NCBI GenBank assembly: GCA_049970895.1
Contig: JBMFMB010000006.1
Coordinates: 1-64,000 of the forward strand
Source: Candidatus Bathyarchaeia archaeon
GTDB taxonomy: Archaea > Thermoproteota > Bathyarchaeia > Bathyarchaeales > Bathycorpusculaceae
Reading direction: 5' to 3'
DNA length: 64,000 nt
Shown here one piece after another: positions 48,176-58,129 of this stretch. The number at the start of each line of letters is the position of its first letter. Within the stretch, counting starts at the first letter, position 1. Made by a program: the position numbers and the translations under genes. The notes under the pieces were generated by a model. That model did no database searches. It saw only the letters and a list, made by a program, of their open reading frames with translations, and was not told the DNA's origin.

Positions 48176-50212
48176 TCATCTTAGCATTGTAATTATTAAC
48201 AGTATAAGTATTGTTAAAAACCCGATTATTGCTGCCGCCACATAATGTTCTATTGAGCCAGACCCGACTTTTTTGATTCTGGATGCCGAAGCCAAAGTTT
48301 TGTTTGTTACCACGTATAATAGTTCATCCACAAGAACGTCCAAATATTTTTGAGTTCCATGAGCCACGCGTATAACTCCATTCGCAAAAAAATATGGTAG
48401 ACGGCTAAAGAAAGCGTTTTCGACCCGCTCATAAAGTGCACAAGAAAATCGTATAATACCATTGGCAACGGAGTTGGGCAACCTTTCAAGGAAGGCTAAT
48501 TCCAGACGTCTAAGACCAGATGAAAGCAACAAGACTCCACGCGGAATTGTTTTTTCATATAGGACGTCAAAGAAGTATCCATTCTCCAAAATTTTGTTTA
48601 GAGAAATGCGTAATCGCCTTATTTGTTTCGGCAACGAAAGTCTGCCATAATAGGTGAAGTATACAGGGAATCCTCCAACTAAGAGGGTGAAGAGAAAAAT
48701 CAAAGTTGACAGATTTAATATTTCGCTAAAGCCTATTTCCACATCGACACGCACGAACTGAGAAATTGTGTTTCCGAGTAATGATAAGATTAGGCAAACA
48801 ATTGCAAGGGCTCCGGATGAGAAAAGCATTATTTTTGGGGCTTCATGCACATGAATTTGCTTCAAGTAGTCGGATTTCTCGCGTAAATATACCAGTGTAA
48901 TGACTCGTAGGGTGTAGGCAAAAGTAAAAGCTGTGGAAATATAAAGCATTAACGCGGCGTAAAAGTTTCCAGACGTTAGGACGCTTTGGAAGATTAGTTC
49001 TTTGCTGAAAAAGCTTATGAGGGGCGGTATTCCGGCGCGAGCTAATAATACAATGAGGTTGAAGGCAAAGGTTATTGGCATTGCTTTTCTTAATCCGCCC
49101 ATTAATCGCATATCTCTTGTTTTTGTTACGTGAATTATTCCGCCTATCAATAGGAAGTCAAGACCTTGAAAGAATGCGTGGCTTACTAGGTGGAGTAGGC
49201 TTGCAAACCAGCCAGCCGATGGGGCGGTGGGAGCTGTGCCTAGTGCGGCGAACATAAAGCCTATTTGGCTTATTGTTGAGTAGGCAGCTACACCTTTAAT
49301 GTCTGTTGTGGATAAAGCCAAAGTGGCACCAATAAAAGCGGTTATTGTGCCGGTCCAGAGGATGGACGGCAACAACATCGGAATAGAAGCCGTTAAAGAG
49401 CCAAACAAGAGCATTAATCTGGCAATCAAGTAAACGCCTGCCTTAACCATCGTTGCAGAGTGCAGAAGTGCGCTTACTGATGTTGGTGCTTCCATGGCAC
49501 TGTAAAGCCATGTGTGAAGCGGAAGTTGTGCCGATTTTGCGATGGCTCCTGCCAGCATTAGAAAGGCTGAGGCTGTTAAATATGGCATTGGCACATTTCC
49601 CATGTTAGCTATAATGTGGTGGAAGGAAAACGAGCCTAAGTTGGCGTAAAGTATGCCTATTCCACCCAATAGACAAGCATCGCCTACACGTGTCATAAGG
49701 AAAACTTTAACGGCTGAGCGAACCGTTTCTGGACGTTTATACCAGAAGGAAACGAGCGAATAGGAACAGAGTCCAACCATCTCCCAGAAAATGAAAAATT
49801 GAAGAAAATTGTCCGACATAACCAAGCCAGTCATCGAACCTACGAAAAGGAGCATGAAAAAGTAGTATCGAGTTAAGCCTTCCTCGCCAGCCATATAACC
49901 CAAAGAATAAACGATTATTATGAGACCAAAGAAGATGACTAAACATGCTAGCAAAACGCTTAATGGGTCAAAGTAAACGCCTACGCTAATGCCGAAAGAA
50001 GGAATCCAAGGCACCGTTAAACTGAAGCCTTCTGAAGCGTTGAAGTAAACATCTGGAACCATGGAAAAAGCAAACGTTAGGGCTATCAAACATACGGCTA
50101 CAGCGAAGTAATCCCTAGCCTTCTTGCTGAAACGCGCAACTAATGGAACCAGCAGACTGGAAACAATTGGAAATACCCAAACAAGCCAAGGCGCGTATGG
50201 AAGCAAATTCAT
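48176..50212 (-). CDS. Antiporter-like membrane subunit (NuoL/FpoL-like)
   Basis: WEMVGLCSY, KSAQLPLHTWL, AMEAPTSVSALLHSATMV and long C-terminal lateral helix. Confidence 0.92.
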   Translation of the reverse strand: MNLLPYAPWLVWVFPIVSSLLVPLVARFSKKARDYFAVAVCLIALTFAFSMVPDVYFNASEGFSLTVPWIPSFGISVGVYFDPLSVLLACLVIFFGLIIIVYSLGYMAGEEGLTRYYFFMLLFVGSMTGLVMSDNFLQFFIFWEMVGLCSYSLVSFWYKRPETVRSAVKVFLMTRVGDACLLGGIGILYANLGSFSFHHIIANMGNVPMPYLTASAFLMLAGAIAKSAQLPLHTWLYSAMEAPTSVSALLHSATMVKAGVYLIARLMLLFGSLTASIPMLLPSILWTGTITAFIGATLALSTTDIKGVAAYSTISQIGFMFAALGTAPTAPSAGWFASLLHLVSHAFFQGLDFLLIGGIIHVTKTRDMRLMGGLRKAMPITFAFNLIVLLARAGIPPLISFFSKELIFQSVLTSGNFYAALMLYISTAFTFAYTLRVITLVYLREKSDYLKQIHVHEAPKIMLFSSGALAIVCLILSLLGNTISQFVRVDVEIGFSEILNLSTLIFLFTLLVGGFPVYFTYYGRLSLPKQIRRLRISLNKILENGYFFDVLYEKTIPRGVLLLSSGLRRLELAFLERLPNSVANGIIRFSCALYERVENAFFSRLPYFFANGVIRVAHGTQKYLDVLVDELLYVVTNKTLASASRIKKVGSGSIEHYVAAAIIGFLTILILLIITMLR

Positions 50213-50421
50213 CGCCTCACTTGAAACATAGCATTTGATTTCGCTTGTTTACCCCTCGTGTTTTGCGCCTTCCTAACCTTTTAAACCAGCTTTTTGAGAT
50301 ATAAGTCAACAATTTAAATTTTGTCTGGCATAATGCGACGTTTAAGCATTTCACCATAAAATCGTGGAATTATCAGCGAAACGGTTTTATTGCGAGCATA
50401 AAGTCTGCATCGCTGATAACC

Positions 50422-51789
50422 ATGGAATACCATTCAGTGACTGCGTTAGCGATTTTCATAGTCACACTTTACTTGATGATTAAACGTCCTCGTGGTATAA
50501 GCCTAGGCTTGGCTGCTGGAATAGGTGCTATGGCTTCGCTTCTGCTTGGCACAATAACGTTGAGCGACGCAGCTGCGGCTTTTGCTGACATTTGGGATGC
50601 AGCTTTAGCCTTTATTGGAATTGTAACCTTATCGGTGACATTAGATGCTATGGGATTTTTCAAATGGGCAGCCATAAAAGTTGTTAAATTGGCAGGTGGA
50701 AGCGGCTTAAAACTTTACTTTTACGTTTCCTTGCTTACTGCCTTTGTAAGTATACTTTTTGCAAATGACAGTGCCGTGCTTATACTGACGCCAATAGTTC
50801 TCGAAATCATAAGTCAGTTAAAAATAGATGCTAAAGAAAGACTAGCCTACCTTTTCTCTGCTGGGCTAATTGCTGACACCGCGGCAATGCCGCTTATCAC
50901 AAGCAATCCAATAAACATTGTGAGCGCCGACTTTTTCAAATACAGCTTCATCGACCATCTAATATTTATGGGACCAGTAGCCGCAGCCACCATAATTAGC
51001 AGTCTCCTCCTAGTTTACGCCTTTTTTAGAAAAAAGATTCCAAAATCTTATTCAATGGAGCTTGTGGAAGCCTTAAATGCTGGAGGGCAGCTTATAACGC
51101 CTTCACTTTTGAAGGTAAGCATAGCAACATTAATTATAATCGATGCCGGCTACGTTTTAGCTTCCTTGAACAGAATTCCAGTTTCAATTGTTATATGTTC
51201 CGGAGCACTGTTCCTATTAGGGGTTTACATGGCAACTTTAAACAAGCCTTCAATGTTGAAAGAGAAGCGTAAAGGTGTAAAAGACATAGCCAAGGATGTT
51301 AACTGGGACATATTGCTCTTTATGATAAGCATATTCCTAGTCGTCCAAGGATTAAGGCATACTGGCGCCGTGGAATTCTTTGCATACCTCTTCATAAAGA
51401 CCCTAGCATTGCCGCAAATTCTTTCTGTGCTCGCACCGAGCATGATTGTCACGATAGGCGCGAGTCTAATGAATAACTGGCCAATGACAATTCTCGGTCT
51501 TTTATCGATAAAACAAGCAGCAAACAATGCCAGCCTAAACGCGCAGAATCTTACAAGCTTAGTATTCTCAAACATCATTGGAAACAACCTTGGCCCACAC
51601 TTTTTCCCTCTAGGATCTCTGGCGATTCTAATGTGGCTTGAAACAATGCGTAGAAAAGGCGCCACAATAAGGCTTAGGGATTATTTAAAAGTTGGCTCAA
51701 TTGTGTCAATTCTTGAGGTTACGGTGGCATCCTTGGTTTTGTGGTTAGAACTCAACTCCTTAAATTTAACCCTGAACATTCAACCTTAA
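50422..51789 (+). CDS. ArsB/NhaD-family ion permease
   Basis: FANDSAVLILTP, ADTA..PL..SNP.N, MNNWP and GSLAILMW motifs. Confidence 0.85.
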   Translation: MEYHSVTALAIFIVTLYLMIKRPRGISLGLAAGIGAMASLLLGTITLSDAAAAFADIWDAALAFIGIVTLSVTLDAMGFFKWAAIKVVKLAGGSGLKLYFYVSLLTAFVSILFANDSAVLILTPIVLEIISQLKIDAKERLAYLFSAGLIADTAAMPLITSNPINIVSADFFKYSFIDHLIFMGPVAAATIISSLLLVYAFFRKKIPKSYSMELVEALNAGGQLITPSLLKVSIATLIIIDAGYVLASLNRIPVSIVICSGALFLLGVYMATLNKPSMLKEKRKGVKDIAKDVNWDILLFMISIFLVVQGLRHTGAVEFFAYLFIKTLALPQILSVLAPSMIVTIGASLMNNWPMTILGLLSIKQAANNASLNAQNLTSLVFSNIIGNNLGPHFFPLGSLAILMWLETMRRKGATIRLRDYLKVGSIVSILEVTVASLVLWLELNSLNLTLNIQP

Positions 51790-53069
51790 GTGAAGCCTTG
51801 CCTACTTAGTTTGTTTAAAAGCTGACTCCAATAGAGGGATCTAGTTCCCGTTAGGAAATAGCTCACAGCAGCCGAAACAACCGTGGGAATGATAAAGCTT
51901 GGACCCATAGTTTCAGCAACCAAGGTTATGCTTGTCAAAAGGCTTTTACTTGTTGCAGCTAGCACCGCAGCCATAGCCAACATAACACATAGAACAGGAG
52001 GCTCAAGGTTCAAAATCTGCGCATAAATAAGCCCAAGTGTTCCACCAATGTATAGCGATGGAATGAAAAGGCCGCCGCTTCCTCCAAAATTCAACGTTAT
52101 GCTTGTGGCTATCATTTTTAAAATTAAAAGTGCTGTTAGGGTTGCCAAACCAAATTCTCCTAATTTGGTTATGGTGATTTTGTGGATGAAATCATAACCT
52201 AGCCCTAAAGCCTCCGGGTAAAGCAAGCCCATAACTCCAAGAAGTAATCCGGCAATTGTGGTCGTGACCCACATTGGAAATTCGCCAAGAAGCCTTTTGC
52301 TTATGGCTTTTGTCCTTTCAAAGGTTTCCATGAAAGCCAAAGCAACCAGTGCCGCCAAGATTCCTAGAAAAATCGCATGCACAAGAATGGGAAGTGTCGG
52401 CATTAGAAATGTTGGGGTTGGAAAAATTGTTTCTGTTCCGAGGGTTATGGCGGATGTAAAATAGGCGGTGATAGAGGCTATAGAAGCTGGAACAAAAACC
52501 TCAGTTTCAACGTCTCTTTTGTAGGGTATTTCAAGCGCGAACAGTATCCCCGTTAATGGAGCCTTAAAGATTGCTGAAAATCCCGCTGCTGCTCCGCATA
52601 AAAATAGTGTTTTAACGTCTTTTTGACTTAACCTTAGCCTTCTTGTGATGAATGAAGAGATTCCTCCGCCTAGTAAAAGGCTTGGACCTTCCAAACCAGC
52701 GCTTCCGCCAAAACCTATTGTTATTGCAGAAGCCAAAGTTTTGCCTATGGTATCTCTCAAGCTGACAAAGCCGCTTTTAAAATGGTATCTCTCTATTACG
52801 AGTTCCGTTCCGCAGCCGCACTCTTTACTTTCCGCCAAAAGCCTTATTGTTAGATATCCACCGAGAAGCGCGATGGTTGTGGACGCTAGAAGAAGCAGAG
52901 GATTCCAGTTTACAATAAGAAGTGACGCGGAATTTAGCATTTTGTAAATGTTAACTAGGAGGAATATGGATAAACCAATTACAAGACCTAAAATTATGGG
53001 CAACAACCAGTACTTTGCCAATTCGAGAAAACTTTCACGCCTCAGCCTCAACGCTTGCCGGCTCCTCAT
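51786..53069 (-). CDS. CLC-family chloride channel/antiporter without CBS domains
   Basis: GCGTE, GGSAGLEGP, FKAPLTG..FALE and GGSGGLFIP motifs; start uncertain, overlaps the NuoK-like gene. Confidence 0.88.
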   Translation of the reverse strand: MRSRQALRLRRESFLELAKYWLLPIILGLVIGLSIFLLVNIYKMLNSASLLIVNWNPLLLLASTTIALLGGYLTIRLLAESKECGCGTELVIERYHFKSGFVSLRDTIGKTLASAITIGFGGSAGLEGPSLLLGGGISSFITRRLRLSQKDVKTLFLCGAAAGFSAIFKAPLTGILFALEIPYKRDVETEVFVPASIASITAYFTSAITLGTETIFPTPTFLMPTLPILVHAIFLGILAALVALAFMETFERTKAISKRLLGEFPMWVTTTIAGLLLGVMGLLYPEALGLGYDFIHKITITKLGEFGLATLTALLILKMIATSITLNFGGSGGLFIPSLYIGGTLGLIYAQILNLEPPVLCVMLAMAAVLAATSKSLLTSITLVAETMGPSFIIPTVVSAAVSYFLTGTRSLYWSQLLNKLSRQGFT

Positions 53070-53364
53070 CAGCGCTTCGTTCCATTTCTGCCAGTTTTCT
53101 AATGTCGCATGTCCCATACTTCTTAGTAGCTATAACAAGCAAAGCCAAAACAATGGCAGTTACACAAGCGTCAGTGGAAAAAGCAAGCACCAGAAACGCT
53201 TCACCCAAAGCTCTATTCGCTGATGACGCAAACAAAACAAAATTCATTGACGCTGCCACAGCAATAATTTCGATGGAAATTAATACCTTCACGAGGTGAC
53301 GCTTGGCTAGTAAGCCGTAAATACCAACAGCAAGCAAAACAACCGACAAAATAATGTAGTCCAT
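53035..53364 (-). CDS. NuoK/4L-like subunit
   Basis: Three TM helices; GIYGLL..RHLVKVLISIE motif. Confidence 0.85.
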   Translation of the reverse strand: MDYIILSVVLLAVGIYGLLAKRHLVKVLISIEIIAVAASMNFVLFASSANRALGEAFLVLAFSTDACVTAIVLALLVIATKKYGTCDIRKLAEMERSADEEPASVEAEA

Positions 53365-53828
53365 CAGCTTTCACCCTCCTTTCGCTCATGGAGAACTATG
53401 GCAATACCCAAAGCAACAGTCATTATGACCAAACCCTGCAGTACCACGTCTATAACCCTCAAATTCCAAAGCGCATCCGCAAACGATAAACCAGAAAAAA
53501 TATTGGCTGGCATAACTGCAACGGAAAAGAAAATCGAAGGAAGAGACAGAACAACCGCGAGCAAGGCAACAAGAAAAATTTTCTTTAAAGGCTTTTCCTT
53601 TTCTGGCTTCTCACTCAGCATTTCACCAGCCAAGAAGAGAACAGCCAAGGTTCCAGCACCTACGGCCAACTGAAAAACAGCCACAAAAACTGCACCGTTT
53701 AAAGCATACAAAACAGCCATCAAAACAAGCATAGAAGCCAAAGAGGCTATGGAGTATACTGCCTCATCAAGGTAAATTGCCAAACAAGCCGAAACAACCA
53801 ATCCAACAGCAATCAGCTCAACAATCAT
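53364..53828 (-). CDS. NuoJ/6-like subunit
   Basis: Five hydrophobic segments; LNGAVFVAVFQL motif; position between I and K. Confidence 0.8.
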   Translation of the reverse strand: MIVELIAVGLVVSACLAIYLDEAVYSIASLASMLVLMAVLYALNGAVFVAVFQLAVGAGTLAVLFLAGEMLSEKPEKEKPLKKIFLVALLAVVLSLPSIFFSVAVMPANIFSGLSFADALWNLRVIDVVLQGLVIMTVALGIAIVLHERKEGES

Positions 53829-53831
53829 ATG

Positions 53832-54209
53832 TTATGGGCTTCCCCCAGCGCTCATATGGTTTGTTTTAGGTTTAACAACCAAATCGGATTTATTTATTGC
53901 TGCCAGCTCAAAAATTTCAGAACTTTTAATTGCATTTCTAGGGCAGCTCTCAGCACACTGGTAACAGAATATGCAACGGTCCAAATGAAAAAGCGGTCTC
54001 AACTTACCATTAACCTCAACCATCTCAATAGCCTTTGCTGGGCAGTCCCTAGCGCATAAGCCACAACTAATGCAAAGACTTATGTCAAACACTTGTCTAC
54101 CGCGAAAACCTTCTGGAACACGAGGCCTCTCTTCCGGATATTTGCGAGTTGCAGGCTTCTTAAAAAGGTGGACAAGCACTTCCTTCAAAATTGGCGATAA
54201 CCTAGCCAC
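53832..54209 (-). CDS. NuoI-like 2x[4Fe-4S] subunit
   Basis: TRKYP...FRG, CISCGLCARDCP and CIFCYQCAESCP. Confidence 0.92.
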   Translation of the reverse strand: MARLSPILKEVLVHLFKKPATRKYPEERPRVPEGFRGRQVFDISLCISCGLCARDCPAKAIEMVEVNGKLRPLFHLDRCIFCYQCAESCPRNAIKSSEIFELAAINKSDLVVKPKTNHMSAGGSP

Positions 54210-54215
54210 TCCACT

Positions 54216-55205
54216 TCACCCCAACGGATAAAACAAAAAGCCAACACCAACAGTCGCAGCGAGAGAAAGCAGAGATAAAGGCAGAAGCAACCTCCAGTTA
54301 ACAACCAAGACCTGGTCAATCCGCAGCCTCGCAAAAACGCATGTCAAATACTCAGTAAGCACAACAACAAAGAGAAGTTTAAGCACAAACCATAAAGTAT
54401 ACCACACGAAGGATGGACTGTAAAAAATGGGACCGTAAGGTCCGCCTAGAAAAAGCTCAACAGTGATAGCTGCTCCAAGAACTATTTGCACATCCTTAGA
54501 TAGCTTAAGAAAAGCTAACCTCCTACCTGTATACTCGGTTTCATAGCCACCAACTATCTCAGTTTCAGCATGCGGAATGTCAAAGGGGTCCTTCTCCAAC
54601 TCTGCCTGAAGCGTGATTATAAACAAAACAAAAACCCATGGAACCACAAGCGCAAACGGGATGGACTGACTAGCCGCTATCGTTGATATGCTGAGGCTTC
54701 TAGCCAAAAAGGCTGGAGCCAAAGCAAGAATGAATAATGGGATGTCATAGCCCAAAAACTGTGTCAAAACCCGTGCAGCACCAGTTGCACTATAGGGGTT
54801 TGTTGAAGACCATCCGGAAAGAAAGAGAAAGAAGTTGGCAATTGAAACCAACGTCAGAACGAGAACAAGGTCACCTTCAAAATTTGAATTGAAAATAGTA
54901 TTAGCTCCGTCAATTGGCAAAAATGCAAATGAGAAGGCAAAAATTGAGAAGGATAGAATTGGGGCGAACCTAAAAATGAAATCTCTTACAGTGAGCGGAA
55001 CAATGTCCTCCTTAGTCAAAAGTTTGATAAAGTCGGCAAACGGTTGAAGAATACCAGCTGGACCAGTATATGTGGGTCCCATCCTATTCTGCATTCGAGC
55101 CTCAATTTTCCTCTCAACCCAATCGCAAAAAAGCGTGAAAAGGACGATGAAGGTGAAACCTGGAAAAATCAGCACACGAAACAGAAACTCCAAATCCAAA
55201 TTCAT
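54216..55205 (-). CDS. NuoH-like membrane subunit
   Basis: ERKIEARMQNRMGP, QPFADFIKL, PFDIPHAETE and ARLRIDQ motifs. Confidence 0.93.
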   Translation of the reverse strand: MNLDLEFLFRVLIFPGFTFIVLFTLFCDWVERKIEARMQNRMGPTYTGPAGILQPFADFIKLLTKEDIVPLTVRDFIFRFAPILSFSIFAFSFAFLPIDGANTIFNSNFEGDLVLVLTLVSIANFFLFLSGWSSTNPYSATGAARVLTQFLGYDIPLFILALAPAFLARSLSISTIAASQSIPFALVVPWVFVLFIITLQAELEKDPFDIPHAETEIVGGYETEYTGRRLAFLKLSKDVQIVLGAAITVELFLGGPYGPIFYSPSFVWYTLWFVLKLLFVVVLTEYLTCVFARLRIDQVLVVNWRLLLPLSLLSLAATVGVGFLFYPLG

Positions 55206-55216
55206 CCTTAATCCTC

Positions 55217-56806
55217 CTAACGGTCTGTGCATGAGAAGCACGGGTCAAGGCTTACAAAGCTTGCTGGCACATCTGCTATGTTGCCGCCTTCAGCAATCTT
55301 AACAAACGCTAAAATATTGGCAAAAGTTGGGGTCCTTACTTTAACACGTTCCGGATAGGCTGTCCCATTACTCTTCACATAATAAAATAGTTCACCCCTC
55401 GGCGCCTCAACACGTCCAATAGCCTCGCCTGCTGGCACAATTCTGGGGACTCTAACCCTGTAAGGTCCGCTTGGCAGATGTTCTAGGGCATAGTGTATTA
55501 TGTTAATGCTTTCAACAATTTCGTCTAAACGAACCATAAGCCTAGCCCAAGAATCGCCATCATCATAAGTAACTACTTCAAAGGGTATTTCACCATAGGC
55601 TGCATATGGCTCATCTCTTCTAACATCCATATCCACACCTGAACCCCTCGCCACAGGACCAACAACACACAATTTTAACGCATCCTGCCTGCTCAAAACA
55701 CCAACATTCTTTGTCCGCATTTTTAATGTTGAATCATTTTCAAAGACCTGCCTATAAAAGTTCATCCTTTCCCTTAAAGCTTCAAGTTCTACCTTAATCC
55801 TTGGAACCACATCTTCTTTCAAGTCTCTTCTGACACCACCTATGGTTATGAAGGATGCAATAATTCTGTTGCCAGTAAGCTCCTCAATAATATCCAATAC
55901 ACGTTCTCTATCCCGCCACATGTAATGGAACAATGTTTCATATCCAATCTCAAATCCAGCATGACCCAAAAGAAGCATGTGGCTGTGAATCCTATTCAAC
56001 TCCAAAATTATTGTGCGCAAATATCGGGCTCTAGGTGGCACATCCACCCCCATTATGGCTTCAACCGTCTGACAAAAACAATTAGCATGACAAGCATTAC
56101 AAATGCCACAAATCCTCTCAACCAAATATATATCCTGCAAATAGGTGCGATTTTCAGCGGCCTTCTCGATCCCCCTATGGACATAGCCGATTCTGGGCTT
56201 AACTTCCTTAACAATTTCTCCCTCAACTTTTAAGGTGAACTTTTCAGGCTCTATCAAGGCTGGATGCTGAGGCCCTAACACAATATTCACCAGCCTCTCA
56301 TCGCCGAAAACTTGCTCATTATCCTTTAAAGCTTCAGAATTCTCGGTTTTGCTTTGAAAATCTGGCGCTACAAAATCTTTTCTAAGTGGGAAAACGTTTT
56401 CCGGCCAATCCTCCGGGAGAATAAGCCTCTTCGGGTTTGGGTGTCCCTCAAAGGTTACGCCAAAGAGGTCGGAGACTTCTCTTTCATGGAAGTTTGCTCC
56501 TGGAATTAGGTCTGTTATGCTTTCAATTTTCGCATTTTCCTTTGGCAAGTCAACGCCTATAGTAATTATTGTGTTGCGCATGCGAACATGATACATTAAT
56601 TCGATTGTTTTGCCAAGGTCAACACCCGTGATTGCGGAAATCCCTGCGTTTTCATCCTGTTTCAGCAAGAGTTTTAAGGCATCTCTGTGGGCGCCAATTT
56701 TGACTTGAACACATACCTTTTCGGGGCGAAGGGTTCTGGTTTGAAGTATCCTATCCCCAAGTGCACCATTTAAAGCCTCCAAAATCTTATCAGTGTTTTT
56801 CGACAT
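55217..56806 (-). CDS. Group 4 [NiFe]-hydrogenase large subunit fused to a NuoC-like domain
   Basis: EREVSDLFG..F.GHP (NuoC), GPQHP, L1 motif ERICGIC and L2 motif DPCFSCTDR at the C-terminus. Confidence 0.93.
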   Translation of the reverse strand: MSKNTDKILEALNGALGDRILQTRTLRPEKVCVQVKIGAHRDALKLLLKQDENAGISAITGVDLGKTIELMYHVRMRNTIITIGVDLPKENAKIESITDLIPGANFHEREVSDLFGVTFEGHPNPKRLILPEDWPENVFPLRKDFVAPDFQSKTENSEALKDNEQVFGDERLVNIVLGPQHPALIEPEKFTLKVEGEIVKEVKPRIGYVHRGIEKAAENRTYLQDIYLVERICGICNACHANCFCQTVEAIMGVDVPPRARYLRTIILELNRIHSHMLLLGHAGFEIGYETLFHYMWRDRERVLDIIEELTGNRIIASFITIGGVRRDLKEDVVPRIKVELEALRERMNFYRQVFENDSTLKMRTKNVGVLSRQDALKLCVVGPVARGSGVDMDVRRDEPYAAYGEIPFEVVTYDDGDSWARLMVRLDEIVESINIIHYALEHLPSGPYRVRVPRIVPAGEAIGRVEAPRGELFYYVKSNGTAYPERVKVRTPTFANILAFVKIAEGGNIADVPASFVSLDPCFSCTDR

Positions 56807-57239
56807 GCTCTGCCTCCCTAATCAAGTTAAGCAATTTTACAATGCCGTCAATTATCGCCTCTGGTTTCGGTGGGCATCCTGGGATGTAGACATCAACTGG
56901 AATGACTTTGTCGACGCCGCCAACTACGTTGTAGTTTCCTTCAAAAACCCCGCCTGAACAGGCACAGGCGCCTATGGCAACAACAAATTTGGGTTCAGGC
57001 ATCTGCTCGTAAATGCGCCTCAGTCTATCTGCGCATTGGCGAGTGACAACGCCTGTGGCTAATAGAACATCAGCGTGCCTCGGAGAAGGTTCAAGCATTA
57101 TTCCAAAACGTTCAACATCATACCTAGGCGTTAAAAGCGCAACAACTTCAATGTCGCATGCGTTGCATGCTCCAGAATTGAAATGGAGAACCCATGGCGA
57201 TTTCCGCCTAGCCCACTTTAAAAGGCTCGCACCGCCCGT
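56790..57239 (-). CDS. Group 4 hydrogenase small subunit (NuoB-like), apparent ACG start
   Basis: The frame stays open upstream of the ORF-track start and encodes KSPWVLHFNSGACNACDIE...PRYDVERFG; also IGAC and IPGCPP. Confidence 0.88.
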   Translation of the reverse strand, partial: TGGASLLKWARRKSPWVLHFNSGACNACDIEVVALLTPRYDVERFGIMLEPSPRHADVLLATGVVTRQCADRLRRIYEQMPEPKFVVAIGACACSGGVFEGNYNVVGGVDKVIPVDVYIPGCPPKPEAIIDGIVKLLNLIREAEHVEKH

Positions 57240-57568
57240 TAATGGTCGCCTCCCTCTAAAAGCAGCAAGCCAGATATAAAAACAATCAGTAAGTAGAGTA
57301 TTAAAAATAAGACGTTTGATAAGCGAAGCGCCATCGACGCAAATGCCGCCAAAAGCACCGATGAATCCAAAATTACAAAGTATATGAGATACCTATAATA
57401 GGAGATGTTGATTTTGAGTCCACGGAAGTCGGCTTTCTCACCACAAGCATAAGCGGATTTGCCATCCCCATTACGCATAGATTTAGCTGAAAACAATCGC
57501 CCAAGCAAATAAATTATGCACGATGCAGCAAGAATCAAAACGAAAGCAACCCCTAACTCAACAATCAT
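57239..57568 (-). CDS. NuoA/3-like subunit
   Basis: Three TM helices; K.AYACGE loop; YY...FVILD motif. Confidence 0.87.
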   Translation of the reverse strand: MIVELGVAFVLILAASCIIYLLGRLFSAKSMRNGDGKSAYACGEKADFRGLKINISYYRYLIYFVILDSSVLLAAFASMALRLSNVLFLILYLLIVFISGLLLLEGGDH

Positions 57569-57758
57569 ACACTCGTCCCCACCATAACCGCGATATTAAG
57601 CTTTAACAATCGCGTTATAAACACCTTCTTCAATCAAGCTTTTCTCGGGCTATAACAATACTTTCATTGTTCGTGAAAACAAACGGCAAGATTTAAATTT
57701 TATCAATAGCCCTTCAACCTTTCCCTTGAACGTTTAAGTCACCCAGTTTTTGTTGTAG

Positions 57759-57843
57759 TGCAGGGGGTGGGATTTGAACCCACGAACCCCTACGGGACAG
57801 GCTCCTGAAGCCTGCGCCTTTGACCAGGCTCGGCAACCCCTGC
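57759..57843 (-). tRNA. tRNA-Leu(CAG)
   Basis: Acceptor GCAGGGG/CCCCTGC, anticodon arm CAGGC-TTCAGGA-GCCTG, long variable arm, T arm GTGGG-TTCAAAT-CCCAC. Confidence 0.96.
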
Positions 57844-57918
57844 TCGCTATTAGAGGCTTTTCATGAAAAGGTTTAAGAGTTACTGTTCCGATTATGGTTT
57901 TCGGAGGAATTTGCCTAA

Positions 57919-58080
57919 ATGCCGACGCATGGTTCGCTTTCAAAAGCTGGAAAAGTTCGTTCTCAGACGCCTAAGGTTCAGCCTTTGGATAAGAGGAGGC
58001 CTGCGCCTAGGTTTAGGAATAGGCGTAATTATGAGAAGCGGATTATGCTTCAGAGGAAGCCTGGGCAGAACTGGGTTTAG
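57919..58080 (+). CDS. rps30e: 30S ribosomal protein S30e (missed by ORF track)
   Basis: [20 protein letters not shown]...[12 protein letters not shown] (53 aa); GGAGG upstream. Confidence 0.95.
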   Translation: MPTHGSLSKAGKVRSQTPKVQPLDKRRPAPRFRNRRNYEKRIMLQRKPGQNWV

Positions 58081-58129
58081 CCTTTTAAACATTTAAACCT
58101 TTTATTTGCTTTTGGCATAGTTTTAGGTT

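Noticed and set aside
51786-53069. Fluoride-specific CLC-F exporter
   Set aside because: Lacks the GNNLI, GREGT and GEVTP signatures.
43589-57568. NADH dehydrogenase (complex I) or Mbs sulfane reductase
   Set aside because: No NuoEFG genes, and all four Ni-ligating cysteines are present in the large subunit.
57734-57943. 69-aa minus-strand ORF
   Set aside because: Overlaps tRNA-Leu; spurious.
57863-58096. 77-aa ORF in the supplied track
   Set aside because: Out-of-frame shadow of the real S30e gene at 57919-58080.
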